A stretch of 64,000 bases of DNA, from assembly GCA_017461865.1 (NCBI GenBank), contig JAFTVQ010000085.1, positions 6,537 through 70,536 on the forward strand, given 5' to 3'. How positions within the stretch are numbered: the first letter of the stretch is position 1; the number at the start of each line of letters is the position of its first letter. This document shows, in pieces, positions 44,520-53,554 of the stretch. The stretch is from Lachnospiraceae bacterium. GTDB lineage: Bacteria; Bacillota; Clostridia; Lachnospirales; Lachnospiraceae. A program made the position numbers and the translations under genes. The notes under the pieces were generated by a model that saw only the letters and a program-made list of their open reading frames with translations, did not search any database and was not told where the DNA came from.

Positions 44520-45371
44520 CTACATAAATGTTTTTACCAAATTCACAATAACAAGATTCCATCCGTCCGCAAGAACAAACAAAAGAATTTTAAACGGCAT
44601 GGAAATCGTCGTCGGCGGAAGCATCATCATACCCATACTCATAAGAGCAGAAGACACTACCATATCTATGACAAGAAATGGTACATAGATTACAAAACCG
44701 ATAATAAACGCCGTCCGCAACTCACTGACCATAAATGCCGGAATCAATGCGCTTGTCGGTATATCCTCAAGCTCTCCCGTCCATTCGTAACCGCCGATTT
44801 CACAAAACATCTTGGCATCCTTAAGCTGTGTCTGCTTATACATAAAATCACGGATTGGCTCCGCTGCCGCTTCCAAAGCTTCTTCCTGCGACAACTCACC
44901 TGCTTCAAAAGGAATCAGAGCCTGCTCATTGATCTCTGTGATTGTAGGACTCATGATAAAATAAGTCAAAAACAAAGCCAGTCCAATGATAACCTGGTTC
45001 GGCGGTGCTGTCTGCGTATTCAGCGCCTGCCTTGTAAAATGCATCACAATCAAAATCCGGGTATAGGATGTAAGACAAATCAACAAAGTCGGAGCAATGG
45101 CGATTGCCGTCAACACAAGCAAAATCCGAATCGGACCCGCAACCGTACCGTTGCCGTCATTATATGTAATTGTCATTGTATTTGCTATGTTCAGATCGGC
45201 GAGCTCATCCGGCGTCTCAGACGTTCCCGGCTCATTGATATTGGTCCGGTCCTCCGTCTGTCCTGCAAAATTGGAATCCATAGTGGTCGCATGTACTGCC
45301 ATCGTCCCCATGAACACAAATATTCCAAGCACAAGAGCCATAGCGCACATCCGCAATACTCTTTTATTCAT
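44520..45371 (-). CDS. fliP: flagellar export apparatus protein FliP
   Basis: Conserved core (TSYTRILIVMHFTRQALNTQTAPPNQV..GLALFLT). Start ATG 45371 (MNKRVLRM..., signal-peptide-like) overlaps the fliO end by 8 nt. About 50 extra residues lie between the signal peptide and the core. Confidence 0.9.
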   Translation of the reverse strand: MNKRVLRMCAMALVLGIFVFMGTMAVHATTMDSNFAGQTEDRTNINEPGTSETPDELADLNIANTMTITYNDGNGTVAGPIRILLVLTAIAIAPTLLICLTSYTRILIVMHFTRQALNTQTAPPNQVIIGLALFLTYFIMSPTITEINEQALIPFEAGELSQEEALEAAAEPIRDFMYKQTQLKDAKMFCEIGGYEWTGELEDIPTSALIPAFMVSELRTAFIIGFVIYVPFLVIDMVVSSALMSMGMMMLPPTTISMPFKILLFVLADGWNLVIVNLVKTFM

Positions 45372-45747
45372 CCTTATCCGCCTGCTTTTTTCTGCTGTTC
45401 TTTGCTTTCTCCAAAATCGCCTTAAAATCAATCGGCTGTATATCGCCTTCCGCATCTTTTCGCAATTTCAGTTGCTCCGGTTCAATCTCTGCCAGCATTG
45501 TAATTGTATCTTTGCCCAATGCAATCACAAAATATCTGTCACCCGCGCGAACGATTTGGAGATATTTGTTCGGTGCGATTCTCGTCGTTTCCATGACTTC
45601 CATATTGCCCGAAGTCATAGTCTGCTTCTGATACTTGGCAATAAATCTTGTTGTCCAAAATGTGATAAACAGCACAAACGCGAATATTATAATTGCTGTT
45701 AAAAGCTGTACAAAAGACTCTACTGCCCCGGAAGACATCAAAATCAT
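45364..45747 (-). CDS. fliO: flagellar biosynthesis protein FliO (FliZ in B. subtilis nomenclature)
   Basis: 127 aa with a single TM near the N-terminus (LLTAIIIFAFVLFITFWTT). Position between cheY and fliP. Confidence 0.75.
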   Translation of the reverse strand: MILMSSGAVESFVQLLTAIIIFAFVLFITFWTTRFIAKYQKQTMTSGNMEVMETTRIAPNKYLQIVRAGDRYFVIALGKDTITMLAEIEPEQLKLRKDAEGDIQPIDFKAILEKAKNSRKKQADKDE

Positions 45748-45748
45748 A

Positions 45749-46111
45749 TTAGCCCACTACTTTCTTAACCGCTTCAAGTACACGTTCTGCCTGGAACGGT
45801 TTTACGATAAAGTCTCTGGCACCGGCCTGAATAGACTCGATAACCATCGCCTGCTGACCCATAGCTGAGCACATGATTACCATTGCGCCCGGATCGGAAG
45901 CCTTGATTTTCTTCAACGCCTGAATTCCATCCATCTCCGGCATTGTAATATCCATAAGAACAAGATCCGGTTTTACTTCCGCATATTTTTCTACTGCTTT
46001 CAAACCATTTTCTGCTTCGCCCGCTACATTATATCCGTTCTTTGTAAGGATATCCTTGATCATCATTCTCATAAAAGCTGCATCGTCACAAATTAAAATG
46101 TTTTTCGCCAT
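45749..46111 (-). CDS. cheY: chemotaxis response regulator CheY
   Basis: 120-aa REC domain (ILICDDAAFMR, LVLMDITMPEMDG, FIVKPF). Confidence 0.93.
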   Translation of the reverse strand: MAKNILICDDAAFMRMMIKDILTKNGYNVAGEAENGLKAVEKYAEVKPDLVLMDITMPEMDGIQALKKIKASDPGAMVIMCSAMGQQAMVIESIQAGARDFIVKPFQAERVLEAVKKVVG

Positions 46112-46139
46112 TTCTATTTCTCTCCTATTTCTTTTAACT

Positions 46140-47339
46140 TTATTTTACGATTTCCGTTACTCTGATACCAAAACTCTCTTCGATTACAACAACCTCTCCT
46201 TTGGCAACAAACTTACCGTTTACCAGTACATCGATCGGTTCTCCTGCAATCTTATCAAGTTCTATGATCGTACCCGGTGTGAAATCAAGAATTTCAGCAA
46301 TAGATTTTCTGGTCCGTCCAAGTTCAACCGTTACCTCAAGCGGAACATCCATAATCAGTCCGATATTTTCCTGACTGACTGCTGTAGCCCCGGCACCACC
46401 GAACGCTTGGAACTGTGCCGGTTGAATATTCATACTTTGTACCGGCATCATCTGCGGCATCGCCATCATTTGAGGCTGCATACCCATCTGCGGCATTCCG
46501 TAACCCATCGCCATCGGATCCGGTTGCATCGGCATCGGCTGTGGGATCGGTTCCGGCATTGGCTGCGGAATCGGTTCCACTTTCTCCGGAACAAAAGGCT
46601 GCGGAGCCGGAGCAGGTTCCGGAGCCGGAGCAGGTTCCTCCCCGCCCATTTGGTTTCCCATAAAGATTTCATACAGTGATTTTGCGAAATCAATCGGGTA
46701 GAGCTGCATGATTGTACTGTCTACCAAATCTTCAATCTGCATTCTGAATTCAATCTTTACAAACTGTTCATCCAGAAATGGTGCTATATCACCGCCGCGC
46801 TTATTGTCGAGCATATTCACAAGACTTGCATCGGGCGGGCTGATATCAATCATCTTACCGAGCATAGAAGAAAGAGATGTGGCGGATGATCCCATCATCT
46901 GGTTCATCGCCTCCGAAATTGCACTCAAATGCAGTTCACCAAGCTCCCCTTCCGTATTGGTACCGTCACCGCCCATCATAAGGTCAGTGATTACCTTTAC
47001 ATCGTGTTCTCTTAATATTAAAATATTGGCTCCATCAAGGCCTACCGTATATCGAATCTGAATAAATACACATGGTCTTTCATGGTCATCGATAAAATTT
47101 TCCCATGTAGCTACGGATACGACAGGTGTTGTAATATTTACCTTACGGTTCACCAATGAGTACAACGTTGTCGCCGAAGTACCCATGCTGATATTGGCAA
47201 TCTCACCGATGGCATCCTTCTCAATATCACTCAGTTCAATAAGCGCCTCTGACGAAGCAGGCTCGGCAGGTGCATCTCCGCCGATATCCATACCACTTAG
47301 CAGCGCATTAATCTCGTCCTGAGACAGCATACCGTCCAT
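46140..47339 (-). CDS. fliY: flagellar motor switch phosphatase FliY (CheC-like + FliN domains)
   Basis: N-terminal LSQDEINALL peptide. CheC-like motifs (DAIGEIANISMGTSATTL, LSAISEAMNQMMGSSATSL). C-terminal FliN/SpoA domain (VPLEVTVELGRTRKSIAEIL...VLVNGKFVAKGEVVV). P/M/Q-rich linker. Confidence 0.92.
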   Translation of the reverse strand: MDGMLSQDEINALLSGMDIGGDAPAEPASSEALIELSDIEKDAIGEIANISMGTSATTLYSLVNRKVNITTPVVSVATWENFIDDHERPCVFIQIRYTVGLDGANILILREHDVKVITDLMMGGDGTNTEGELGELHLSAISEAMNQMMGSSATSLSSMLGKMIDISPPDASLVNMLDNKRGGDIAPFLDEQFVKIEFRMQIEDLVDSTIMQLYPIDFAKSLYEIFMGNQMGGEEPAPAPEPAPAPQPFVPEKVEPIPQPMPEPIPQPMPMQPDPMAMGYGMPQMGMQPQMMAMPQMMPVQSMNIQPAQFQAFGGAGATAVSQENIGLIMDVPLEVTVELGRTRKSIAEILDFTPGTIIELDKIAGEPIDVLVNGKFVAKGEVVVIEESFGIRVTEIVK

Positions 47340-47342
47340 GGA

Positions 47343-48323
47343 TTATTCCTCCTCTCTCACTACTGACATAATCCGAACCGCATAATTGTCTTTATTCGTT
47401 CCGGGCAGTGCAGTAAATTTTTTCAGATTTCCAACGTAGATCGGAAGTTCTTCATCTACCTTGGAGTCAAGCCGGATCACATCGCCAACCTGCAGGCTCG
47501 CAAAATCCATTACCGAGACTACACTCTTACCAAGTACCGCTTTCACCGGTACGGTTGTACGTTTGATCATCGACTCAATATATTCTGCATAATTCTCATC
47601 ACTGATGCTCTGCATCGTTGAGAACCAGAATTTCGTATTTAATTTGTCCATAATTTCTTCCAGTGTAATGTACGGAAGACAGGCATTCATGTAACCCTCA
47701 ATGTCGCCGATCCTTACATTCAGCGTAACGATGGCAATCATTTCATTCGGTGCAATAATCTGGGCAAACTGTGCATTGGTTTCAATCCTCTCCATGAACG
47801 GATCCAAATCCACCACGTTTTTCCACGGTTCCCGCAGAAGTTGCATACATGCAATCATAATCTTATCGAGAATTGACATTTCTATTTCTGAAAATTCCCT
47901 GTTCTTTTCAAGCGGTATTCCGGAGCCGCCGAGCATTCGGTCCAAAATAGCAAAACCGAGATTCGGCGAAAGTTCCAAAATAATATTACCATTCAGCGGC
48001 ACAAAATTAATAATTCCGAGTACAACCGGATTACTGAGGGCATTGGTAAATTCCGAGAATGTTACCGTTTCCGAACTGGCCACATTTACCTGCACTGTTT
48101 TTCTGAGATATACCGGCAGGTTGGTAGACAAAAGACGCCCGTAATGTTCAAAGATGATTTCCAGAGTTCGCAGGTGTTCTTTCGAGAACTTGGCCGGTCG
48201 TTTAAAGTCGTAATTTTTGGCTGTTTTTTCCGGCGTTTCTTTGATTTCTTCCACATCCAGTTCACCACTGCTCAGCGCATTCAGCAAACTGTCTATCTCG
48301 CTTTGAGATAAAACGTCTCCCAC
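47343..48323 (-). CDS. fliM: flagellar motor switch protein FliM
   Basis: LSQSEIDSLL CheY-P-binding peptide and conserved FliM core. Start placed at GTG 48323 (MGDVLSQ), 8 nt after GGAGG. The ORF-track GTG at 48332 abuts the RBS. Confidence 0.92.
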   Translation of the reverse strand: MGDVLSQSEIDSLLNALSSGELDVEEIKETPEKTAKNYDFKRPAKFSKEHLRTLEIIFEHYGRLLSTNLPVYLRKTVQVNVASSETVTFSEFTNALSNPVVLGIINFVPLNGNIILELSPNLGFAILDRMLGGSGIPLEKNREFSEIEMSILDKIMIACMQLLREPWKNVVDLDPFMERIETNAQFAQIIAPNEMIAIVTLNVRIGDIEGYMNACLPYITLEEIMDKLNTKFWFSTMQSISDENYAEYIESMIKRTTVPVKAVLGKSVVSVMDFASLQVGDVIRLDSKVDEELPIYVGNLKKFTALPGTNKDNYAVRIMSVVREEE

Positions 48324-48361
48324 CTGACTCACCTCCTGTTTATGTAATGTCCGGTAAGTGC

Positions 48362-48886
48362 TTACTGCTCAATAATATCCCGGAATGTGACTTTATAAAT
48401 AAAATCAGAGTCAAACATTGTTTGAATTCGTTTCAGAATATCTTCACGGACTGCATCGCCGTTGTCCGCCTGGATTTGTTCCATCGTATAATCGCCGAAC
48501 GCTTCCACAATCAGTCCTTTAATCAAACTTTCTTTTGCTTTCATGGACTCTTCGCCGCCGTATGTCTCATAATCGTCATGCTTCATATCCATAGCAAGTG
48601 TTACCGACACAAGTGCAAAATGATCTTTTCCGTCCTCTCCCTTTTTGAGCGGAATCGTCATCTGATCTGCAATATCATAAACCGCCGTATCGTCAATGGA
48701 AACCTCCGCAATCTCCTCGCCTGCTTTTCCGCTTTCAAGCTCCAGGTTCAGTATTTTGGCAATATCGCCGATCACTGCCGCCGTCTTCTTATTCGTTGAT
48801 GTAACGCTGATCATAATCACGGTAGAAAACACCAAATTGACAATCAGCAATGCAAGAATCAAGATAGATAACAAATTCTTTTTCAT
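48362..48886 (-). CDS. fliL: flagellar basal body-associated protein FliL
   Basis: 174 aa with an N-terminal TM. FliL-like C-terminal region. Position between motB and fliM. Confidence 0.8.
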   Translation of the reverse strand: MKKNLLSILILALLIVNLVFSTVIMISVTSTNKKTAAVIGDIAKILNLELESGKAGEEIAEVSIDDTAVYDIADQMTIPLKKGEDGKDHFALVSVTLAMDMKHDDYETYGGEESMKAKESLIKGLIVEAFGDYTMEQIQADNGDAVREDILKRIQTMFDSDFIYKVTFRDIIEQ

Positions 48887-48911
48887 GTTCTGTTTCTCCC
48901 TTTATCTCATT

Positions 48912-49715
48912 CTAATAACCGGATAACTCGGTATAGATTTTAATCTCTACGCGTCTGTTCTGCGCTCTGCCTTCCGGCGTTGTATTATCCGCAATCGGAA
49001 TATGCTCTCCCCTTCCGGAATGTTTGAGTACCGACGGTTCCAAAGACGTGGTGCTCATAAAATAATCGAACACGGAAAGCGCACGAAAACTCGAGAGCAC
49101 ATCATTGTTTGCAAACTTGGAATTGCTGATCGGTACATTGTCCGTGTGACCTTCAATCTCAATGGTACTCTCTGCGTAACGCACAAGAATCATTCCCACT
49201 TTATCGAGAAGCGGTAATGCCTCTTCCTTCAACTGATCACTTCCCGAATCAAAAAGAAACGCACCGTTCAGCGTCAAAGAAACATACTGGGATGTGAAAT
49301 CAACGGAAATATCTCCTTCGTGCTGATTTCCGTCTTCCGCCAAAGCTTCTTCCACCTTTTCTGCAAGTTCCTCGGATTCGGAGAGCTTCTTTTCTTCAAA
49401 CTCTTCGAACACATCCACGTCCTGCTCTGACTCTGCGGTCTTTCCTGTGCTGTTTATGTATTTGTCAAGCTCATTCAACTGGCTGACGCCGTTGCTGATG
49501 AGTATACCGTCTCCGATTGCTGTTGCCCCTGCCTCAAAAATACTGAATGTCTGTGAAAAAGATGCCGCAACCTCATCAAACTTTTTGGCATCTACACTGG
49601 ACATGGAGAACAAAAGCACGAAGAAACAAAGAAGAAGATTCATCAGGTCACTGAACGTGGCCATCCACGCCGGGGAACCAGGCGCCGCAAGATCTTCTTT
49701 CTTTTTCTTAGACAT
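48912..49715 (-). CDS. motB: flagellar stator protein MotB (OmpA-like C-terminus)
   Basis: SPAWMATFSDLMNLLLCFFVLLF with the conserved Asp. OmpA-like domain (GHTDNVPI..NDVLSSFRA..NRRVEI). Start ATG 49715 overlaps the motA end by 8 nt. Confidence 0.9.
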   Translation of the reverse strand: MSKKKKEDLAAPGSPAWMATFSDLMNLLLCFFVLLFSMSSVDAKKFDEVAASFSQTFSIFEAGATAIGDGILISNGVSQLNELDKYINSTGKTAESEQDVDVFEEFEEKKLSESEELAEKVEEALAEDGNQHEGDISVDFTSQYVSLTLNGAFLFDSGSDQLKEEALPLLDKVGMILVRYAESTIEIEGHTDNVPISNSKFANNDVLSSFRALSVFDYFMSTTSLEPSVLKHSGRGEHIPIADNTTPEGRAQNRRVEIKIYTELSGY

Positions 49716-50514
49716 CTGCTTCACCACCTTCACCCTGTCCGGTTTCTCTATCCTTCGGAGCAAGGAACGACTTTAATTTTTCTTCAATCACACGTGGATT
49801 TTCTCCTGCCTGAATGGATAACAGTCCCTCCACCATGATTTCTTTAATCATAATTTCTGTATCATTATTAGATTTCAACTTACTTGCCACCGGAGTACAA
49901 ATCCAGTTGGCAAGAAGCGAACCGTATAATGTCGTAAGTAAGGCAATCGCCATATTCGGTCCGATTGCCGAAGGATCGGACAGGTTCTGTAACATATTAA
50001 CAAGACCGATCAGGGTACCGATCATACCCCACGCCGGTCCCATGGCTCCGAGATCCTGCCAAAAGCTCATATTCTTTTTATGTCTGCCATCCACGCTGTC
50101 AAGCTCTGTCTCCATGATTCCGCGAACGAGCTCAGGATCGGTTCCGTCAACGATCAACAGGATTCCCTTCTTCAAAAAAGCATCATCCAAATCGGCTGCT
50201 GCCTCTTCTAACGAAAGCAATCCTTCTTTACGCGCAACATTTGATAAATCAATAATCTTCTGAATCATTTCTGCCGTATCCAGATTCGGCACCTTAAAAA
50301 TCAACAGGAAACTCTTTAATCCCGCAAAATAATCTGCCATAGTATAACTGGCCATAACACAGAAAAAGGCACCACCAAACGTAATCAACGCGGATGCCGG
50401 ATCCAAGAAGTTGATCAATGCAGCCCAGCCCGCATCACCTGTTACAATACCGAAAATACAAAGAGCAAAACATATGACTAAACCTAAAATCGATGCTAAA
50501 TCCAAAACAATCAC
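49708..50514 (-). CDS. motA: flagellar stator protein MotA
   Basis: 268 aa, 4 TM. The GPAWGMIGTLIGLV region is typical of the MotA/TolQ/ExbB family. Start is uncertain: GTG 50514, or TTG 50505 which follows AGGTGA. Confidence 0.9.
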   Translation of the reverse strand: MIVLDLASILGLVICFALCIFGIVTGDAGWAALINFLDPASALITFGGAFFCVMASYTMADYFAGLKSFLLIFKVPNLDTAEMIQKIIDLSNVARKEGLLSLEEAAADLDDAFLKKGILLIVDGTDPELVRGIMETELDSVDGRHKKNMSFWQDLGAMGPAWGMIGTLIGLVNMLQNLSDPSAIGPNMAIALLTTLYGSLLANWICTPVASKLKSNNDTEIMIKEIMVEGLLSIQAGENPRVIEEKLKSFLAPKDRETGQGEGGEADV

Positions 50515-50643
50515 CTGTCTATTTTCACTCTAATATGTAAAAATATCCTTTCTACACAATTTTACTAGATTTTTCACCTCTTGTCTACTTACTTTTACAA
50601 TTATTTGCACACCCAAAATATGTATATTTTATAAAATATGGTT

Positions 50644-50672
50644 AAGGGCGCTGGCTCAGCGCCACCGCCCTT
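50644..50672 (-). terminator. GC-rich hairpin in the flgE-motA gap (possible partial terminator or RNA-stability element)
   Basis: Minus strand reads AAGGGCG-G-TGG CGCTGAG CCA-G-CGCCCTT (10 bp with one G.G mismatch), preceded by AAAA but followed by AACCATATTTTAT, so there is no contiguous U-tract on the sense strand. Confidence 0.35.
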
Positions 50673-50719
50673 TTCATACCTCAAAAAACACTGTATGACT
50701 ATCCCATTATTATATCAAA

Positions 50720-52351
50720 TTAACGTTTCAGGTTTACAAGTTCTTCAAGAAGTGTATCAGAAACCGTAATGATTCTTGAGTTCGCCTGGAAACCTCTCTG
50801 TGTTGTGATCATCTCTGTAAACTCAGCCGAAAGATCCACGTTACTCATTTCCAAAACACCCGTTGTCATATATCCGCCGTCCGCAGTTACATCAAGACCG
50901 ATTCCGTCAAATTCACCGGAGTTCATCGTTGCAGAATAAAGGTTGTCTCCTTCTTTCTGAAGACCGGATGCATTTGCAAACGTCGCTACGGCAATCTGTC
51001 CGAGAAGCTTTGTCTGTCCATTGTCGTAGGAAGCATAAATCATACCGTCATTCTGAATGGATACTCCGGACATTTCACCGAGCTTTCTACCTGCTCCGAG
51101 TCCGTCTGTATCACCGCTCACCGCACTGATTGTACTTGTACCGTTGTTGTTGTAGTTGGAAGAAGGCGAAAAATCAATATTGATATCTTCAAATGCACTT
51201 CCTGCATCATCCCCAAAACTGAGTACCAACTCAAGATTGTTCGTTAAGCCGTTCACACTCTGAATCTGACCCGTGCTTGTATTGTACTGAACAACACCAC
51301 CGGTAATCTGTTTTCCGGCAACTGCAATCGAACCGTCATCCGGGCTGATTGCGCCCGCAAGATTGTTCGCTTCAATAAGTGCCCCGAGCGTCGTCGTTGT
51401 ACCATCCGGATTTGCCACGTACAATTTTGCAAACTCTTCATATGTAGTGTAGCCGTATGCATTTGCTACGATTTCCTGCTGTTCTGCCGTAAGTGCACCT
51501 GCAAGATTGATATCCTGTGAGTTACCCGCATCATCTAAGTATGTCAATGTAGTTCCATTGATTGTATATCCGTTTGCAAGAACAAGATTCTGTGCATCTT
51601 CTACCGTCTTTACCGAACCAAGCTGAATATTTGTTGTATCAATCGCATCACCGTTGGAATCCAAAACATCCGCAAGTTCTACTGTATACATACCTTCGGT
51701 TCCTGTTGCTTTCATAGAAAGTTTTGCCGTATAGGCATAACCGAGACTGTCAAAGAAATTGACACTGACAATCTTACCCGCTTCCGAACTTACCGACGGG
51801 TCGTTTTTATCGATAATACCGGACACATATGCCTCTGTTGTAGCTTCCGGCGGATATGTCATATTTTCCGCACTCATGATTCGAAGTGCGCTGACCGTGT
51901 CTTTTGCAATGTTGCCGTCCTGCACCTGCCATCCCTGCACGGTATATCCGTTGGATGTCATAGCAAGATTACCCTGTCCGTCCACATAGAAAGAACCGTC
52001 TCTTGTAAAGAAGGTATCCTGTCCGTTGCTGACAATAAACAGTGCTTCCCCTGTAATTTTAAGGTCGAATGGATTTCCGGTTGACTGTGTTGCACCGGTT
52101 GTCTCGATAGATGTAGAAATCGCACCCGTAGTAACACCGAGACCGATCTGCCTTGCGTTGGTACCGGCTCTTCCGGTTTCCGCATTGGCACCGGATGCAG
52201 ACTGTGTTGTCTGATACATAAGTTCTGAGAATGTAATCGACTGAGACTTGAATGCTGTTGTGTTAACGTTTGCGATGTTGTTACCGATAACGTCCATTTT
52301 TGTCTGGTGAGCCTTCAGGCCTGATACACCAGAATAAAGTGATCTCATCAT
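50720..52351 (-). CDS. flgE: flagellar hook protein FlgE
   Basis: 543 aa. MMRSLYSGVSGLKAHQTKMDVIGNNIANVNT N-terminus and EMSNVDLSAEFTEMITTQRGFQANSRIITVSD C-terminus. Confidence 0.95.
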   Translation of the reverse strand: MMRSLYSGVSGLKAHQTKMDVIGNNIANVNTTAFKSQSITFSELMYQTTQSASGANAETGRAGTNARQIGLGVTTGAISTSIETTGATQSTGNPFDLKITGEALFIVSNGQDTFFTRDGSFYVDGQGNLAMTSNGYTVQGWQVQDGNIAKDTVSALRIMSAENMTYPPEATTEAYVSGIIDKNDPSVSSEAGKIVSVNFFDSLGYAYTAKLSMKATGTEGMYTVELADVLDSNGDAIDTTNIQLGSVKTVEDAQNLVLANGYTINGTTLTYLDDAGNSQDINLAGALTAEQQEIVANAYGYTTYEEFAKLYVANPDGTTTTLGALIEANNLAGAISPDDGSIAVAGKQITGGVVQYNTSTGQIQSVNGLTNNLELVLSFGDDAGSAFEDINIDFSPSSNYNNNGTSTISAVSGDTDGLGAGRKLGEMSGVSIQNDGMIYASYDNGQTKLLGQIAVATFANASGLQKEGDNLYSATMNSGEFDGIGLDVTADGGYMTTGVLEMSNVDLSAEFTEMITTQRGFQANSRIITVSDTLLEELVNLKR

Positions 52352-52426
52352 AATGAATGACCTCCTGTTTTCCCGGTCCGTTTATTCCCTCTGTCAGTCA
52401 GGAATATTAGCCTCCATAAGGTCCGG

Positions 52427-52825
52427 CTAGTTGATAACGGCTCCGTCAATATTTGTAAAAATGTTTTCTTCTGTGGTTCCGGATCCCATCGCTGTGATGA
52501 CTGTCCGGCTTCCGGTACTGACGATGAATGCAAGATCATCAATCAATACAAGTGGTTCTTTGATACCTTTTCCGCTTGCCTTATCCGTTCCTTCTTTTAA
52601 CCGGGTAAGTTGCTCGCTGCTGAGACTGATGTTTCTTTCCGCCAGGCGATTGGTCGCATGCTTGGAAAATTTAAGTTCTTCCGTCTCCCCGCCGACAACC
52701 GCTTTCCTGTTCAGTATTTGTTCAAAACTGAGCCCGTCACTCTGCGGCAAATAATTCCCGGCCACTGCGGAACTGTTTTTCGGCACCTGCACTGCGGATA
52801 GGTATGGACTGTTTTGAATGTTCAT
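52427..52825 (-). CDS. flagellar operon protein of unknown function (TIGR02530-like)
   Basis: 132 aa. LKFSKHATNRLAERNISL...PLVLIDDLAFIVSTGSRTVITAM matches my memory of the small conserved flgD-flgE-linked family. Strong RBS GGAGGAGGA. Confidence 0.6.
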   Translation of the reverse strand: MNIQNSPYLSAVQVPKNSSAVAGNYLPQSDGLSFEQILNRKAVVGGETEELKFSKHATNRLAERNISLSSEQLTRLKEGTDKASGKGIKEPLVLIDDLAFIVSTGSRTVITAMGSGTTEENIFTNIDGAVIN

Positions 52826-52871
52826 ATATCCTCCTCCATGAGAATGCCTTATTTCATTTCCTTATAATGTT

Positions 52872-53540
52872 TTACTCGTTACTGTTATTATTATCGGCAG
52901 AATTTTCCGCTGCCTTAACCACCTGCGCCAACTTTTCTCTGTACTGCTCGATTTTCTGTTTTACCTCGTTTGCAACGAATGTCTTCTGATAATCATCCAT
53001 TCCGTCATATGTATCCAAAATTTCAGAAATGGCACTCTTATCGGAAAGTGTGATTTTTTCCACTTCCGGAAGTTTTGCAACATTACCTACAAGTGTAGAA
53101 GCCAAGCCGTACGCTGTAAGATAAGCTTCATCACATACATATGTTACATCATCCAATGAATACAATTCTTCATCAATCGCCACAAGTGCCTTGCCGTTCT
53201 CATATTTCACATAGTCTACTTTTCCCATGATTGTGGACTCTACGCCGCTTTCACTGGTCGTTGTGACTTCTACCGTCTTACCTACCAATCCGGAAGCACG
53301 GCTGAGATCCATACTCTGGCTCATATTCTGCATCTGTTCTACTTCCGAGAACGTTGCGTACTGTGCGATATACTCTGTATTCGATGTCGGTTCCAACGGA
53401 TCCTGATATTTCATCTGTGCCACAAGAAGCTGGAGAAAATCATCTTTTCCTAAAGATGTCTTGCCCTTCTCCGAAGCACTTGATGTCGTTGAAGTCGCAT
53501 TGGCCACGAGACCTTCCTCTATAATTGCAGATACGCCCAT
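52872..53540 (-). CDS. flgD: flagellar hook assembly (capping) protein FlgD
   Basis: LGKDDFLQLLVAQMKYQDPLEP motif and C-terminal beta-rich domain. Confidence 0.92.
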   Translation of the reverse strand: MGVSAIIEEGLVANATSTTSSASEKGKTSLGKDDFLQLLVAQMKYQDPLEPTSNTEYIAQYATFSEVEQMQNMSQSMDLSRASGLVGKTVEVTTTSESGVESTIMGKVDYVKYENGKALVAIDEELYSLDDVTYVCDEAYLTAYGLASTLVGNVAKLPEVEKITLSDKSAISEILDTYDGMDDYQKTFVANEVKQKIEQYREKLAQVVKAAENSADNNNSNE

Positions 53541-53554
53541 TGTCGTTCCTCCTT

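Noticed and set aside
50515-50719. A search for a small flbD gene or a sigma-28 (TAAA-N15-GCCGATAT) promoter upstream of motA, and more generally for CCGATA-type -10 boxes across the window.
   Set aside because: The only ORF in the gap is 11 codons (MKRAVALSQRP). The CCGATA-like strings I found (for example near 28931, 30741 and 48762) are inside coding regions and lack a TAAA box at the right spacing.
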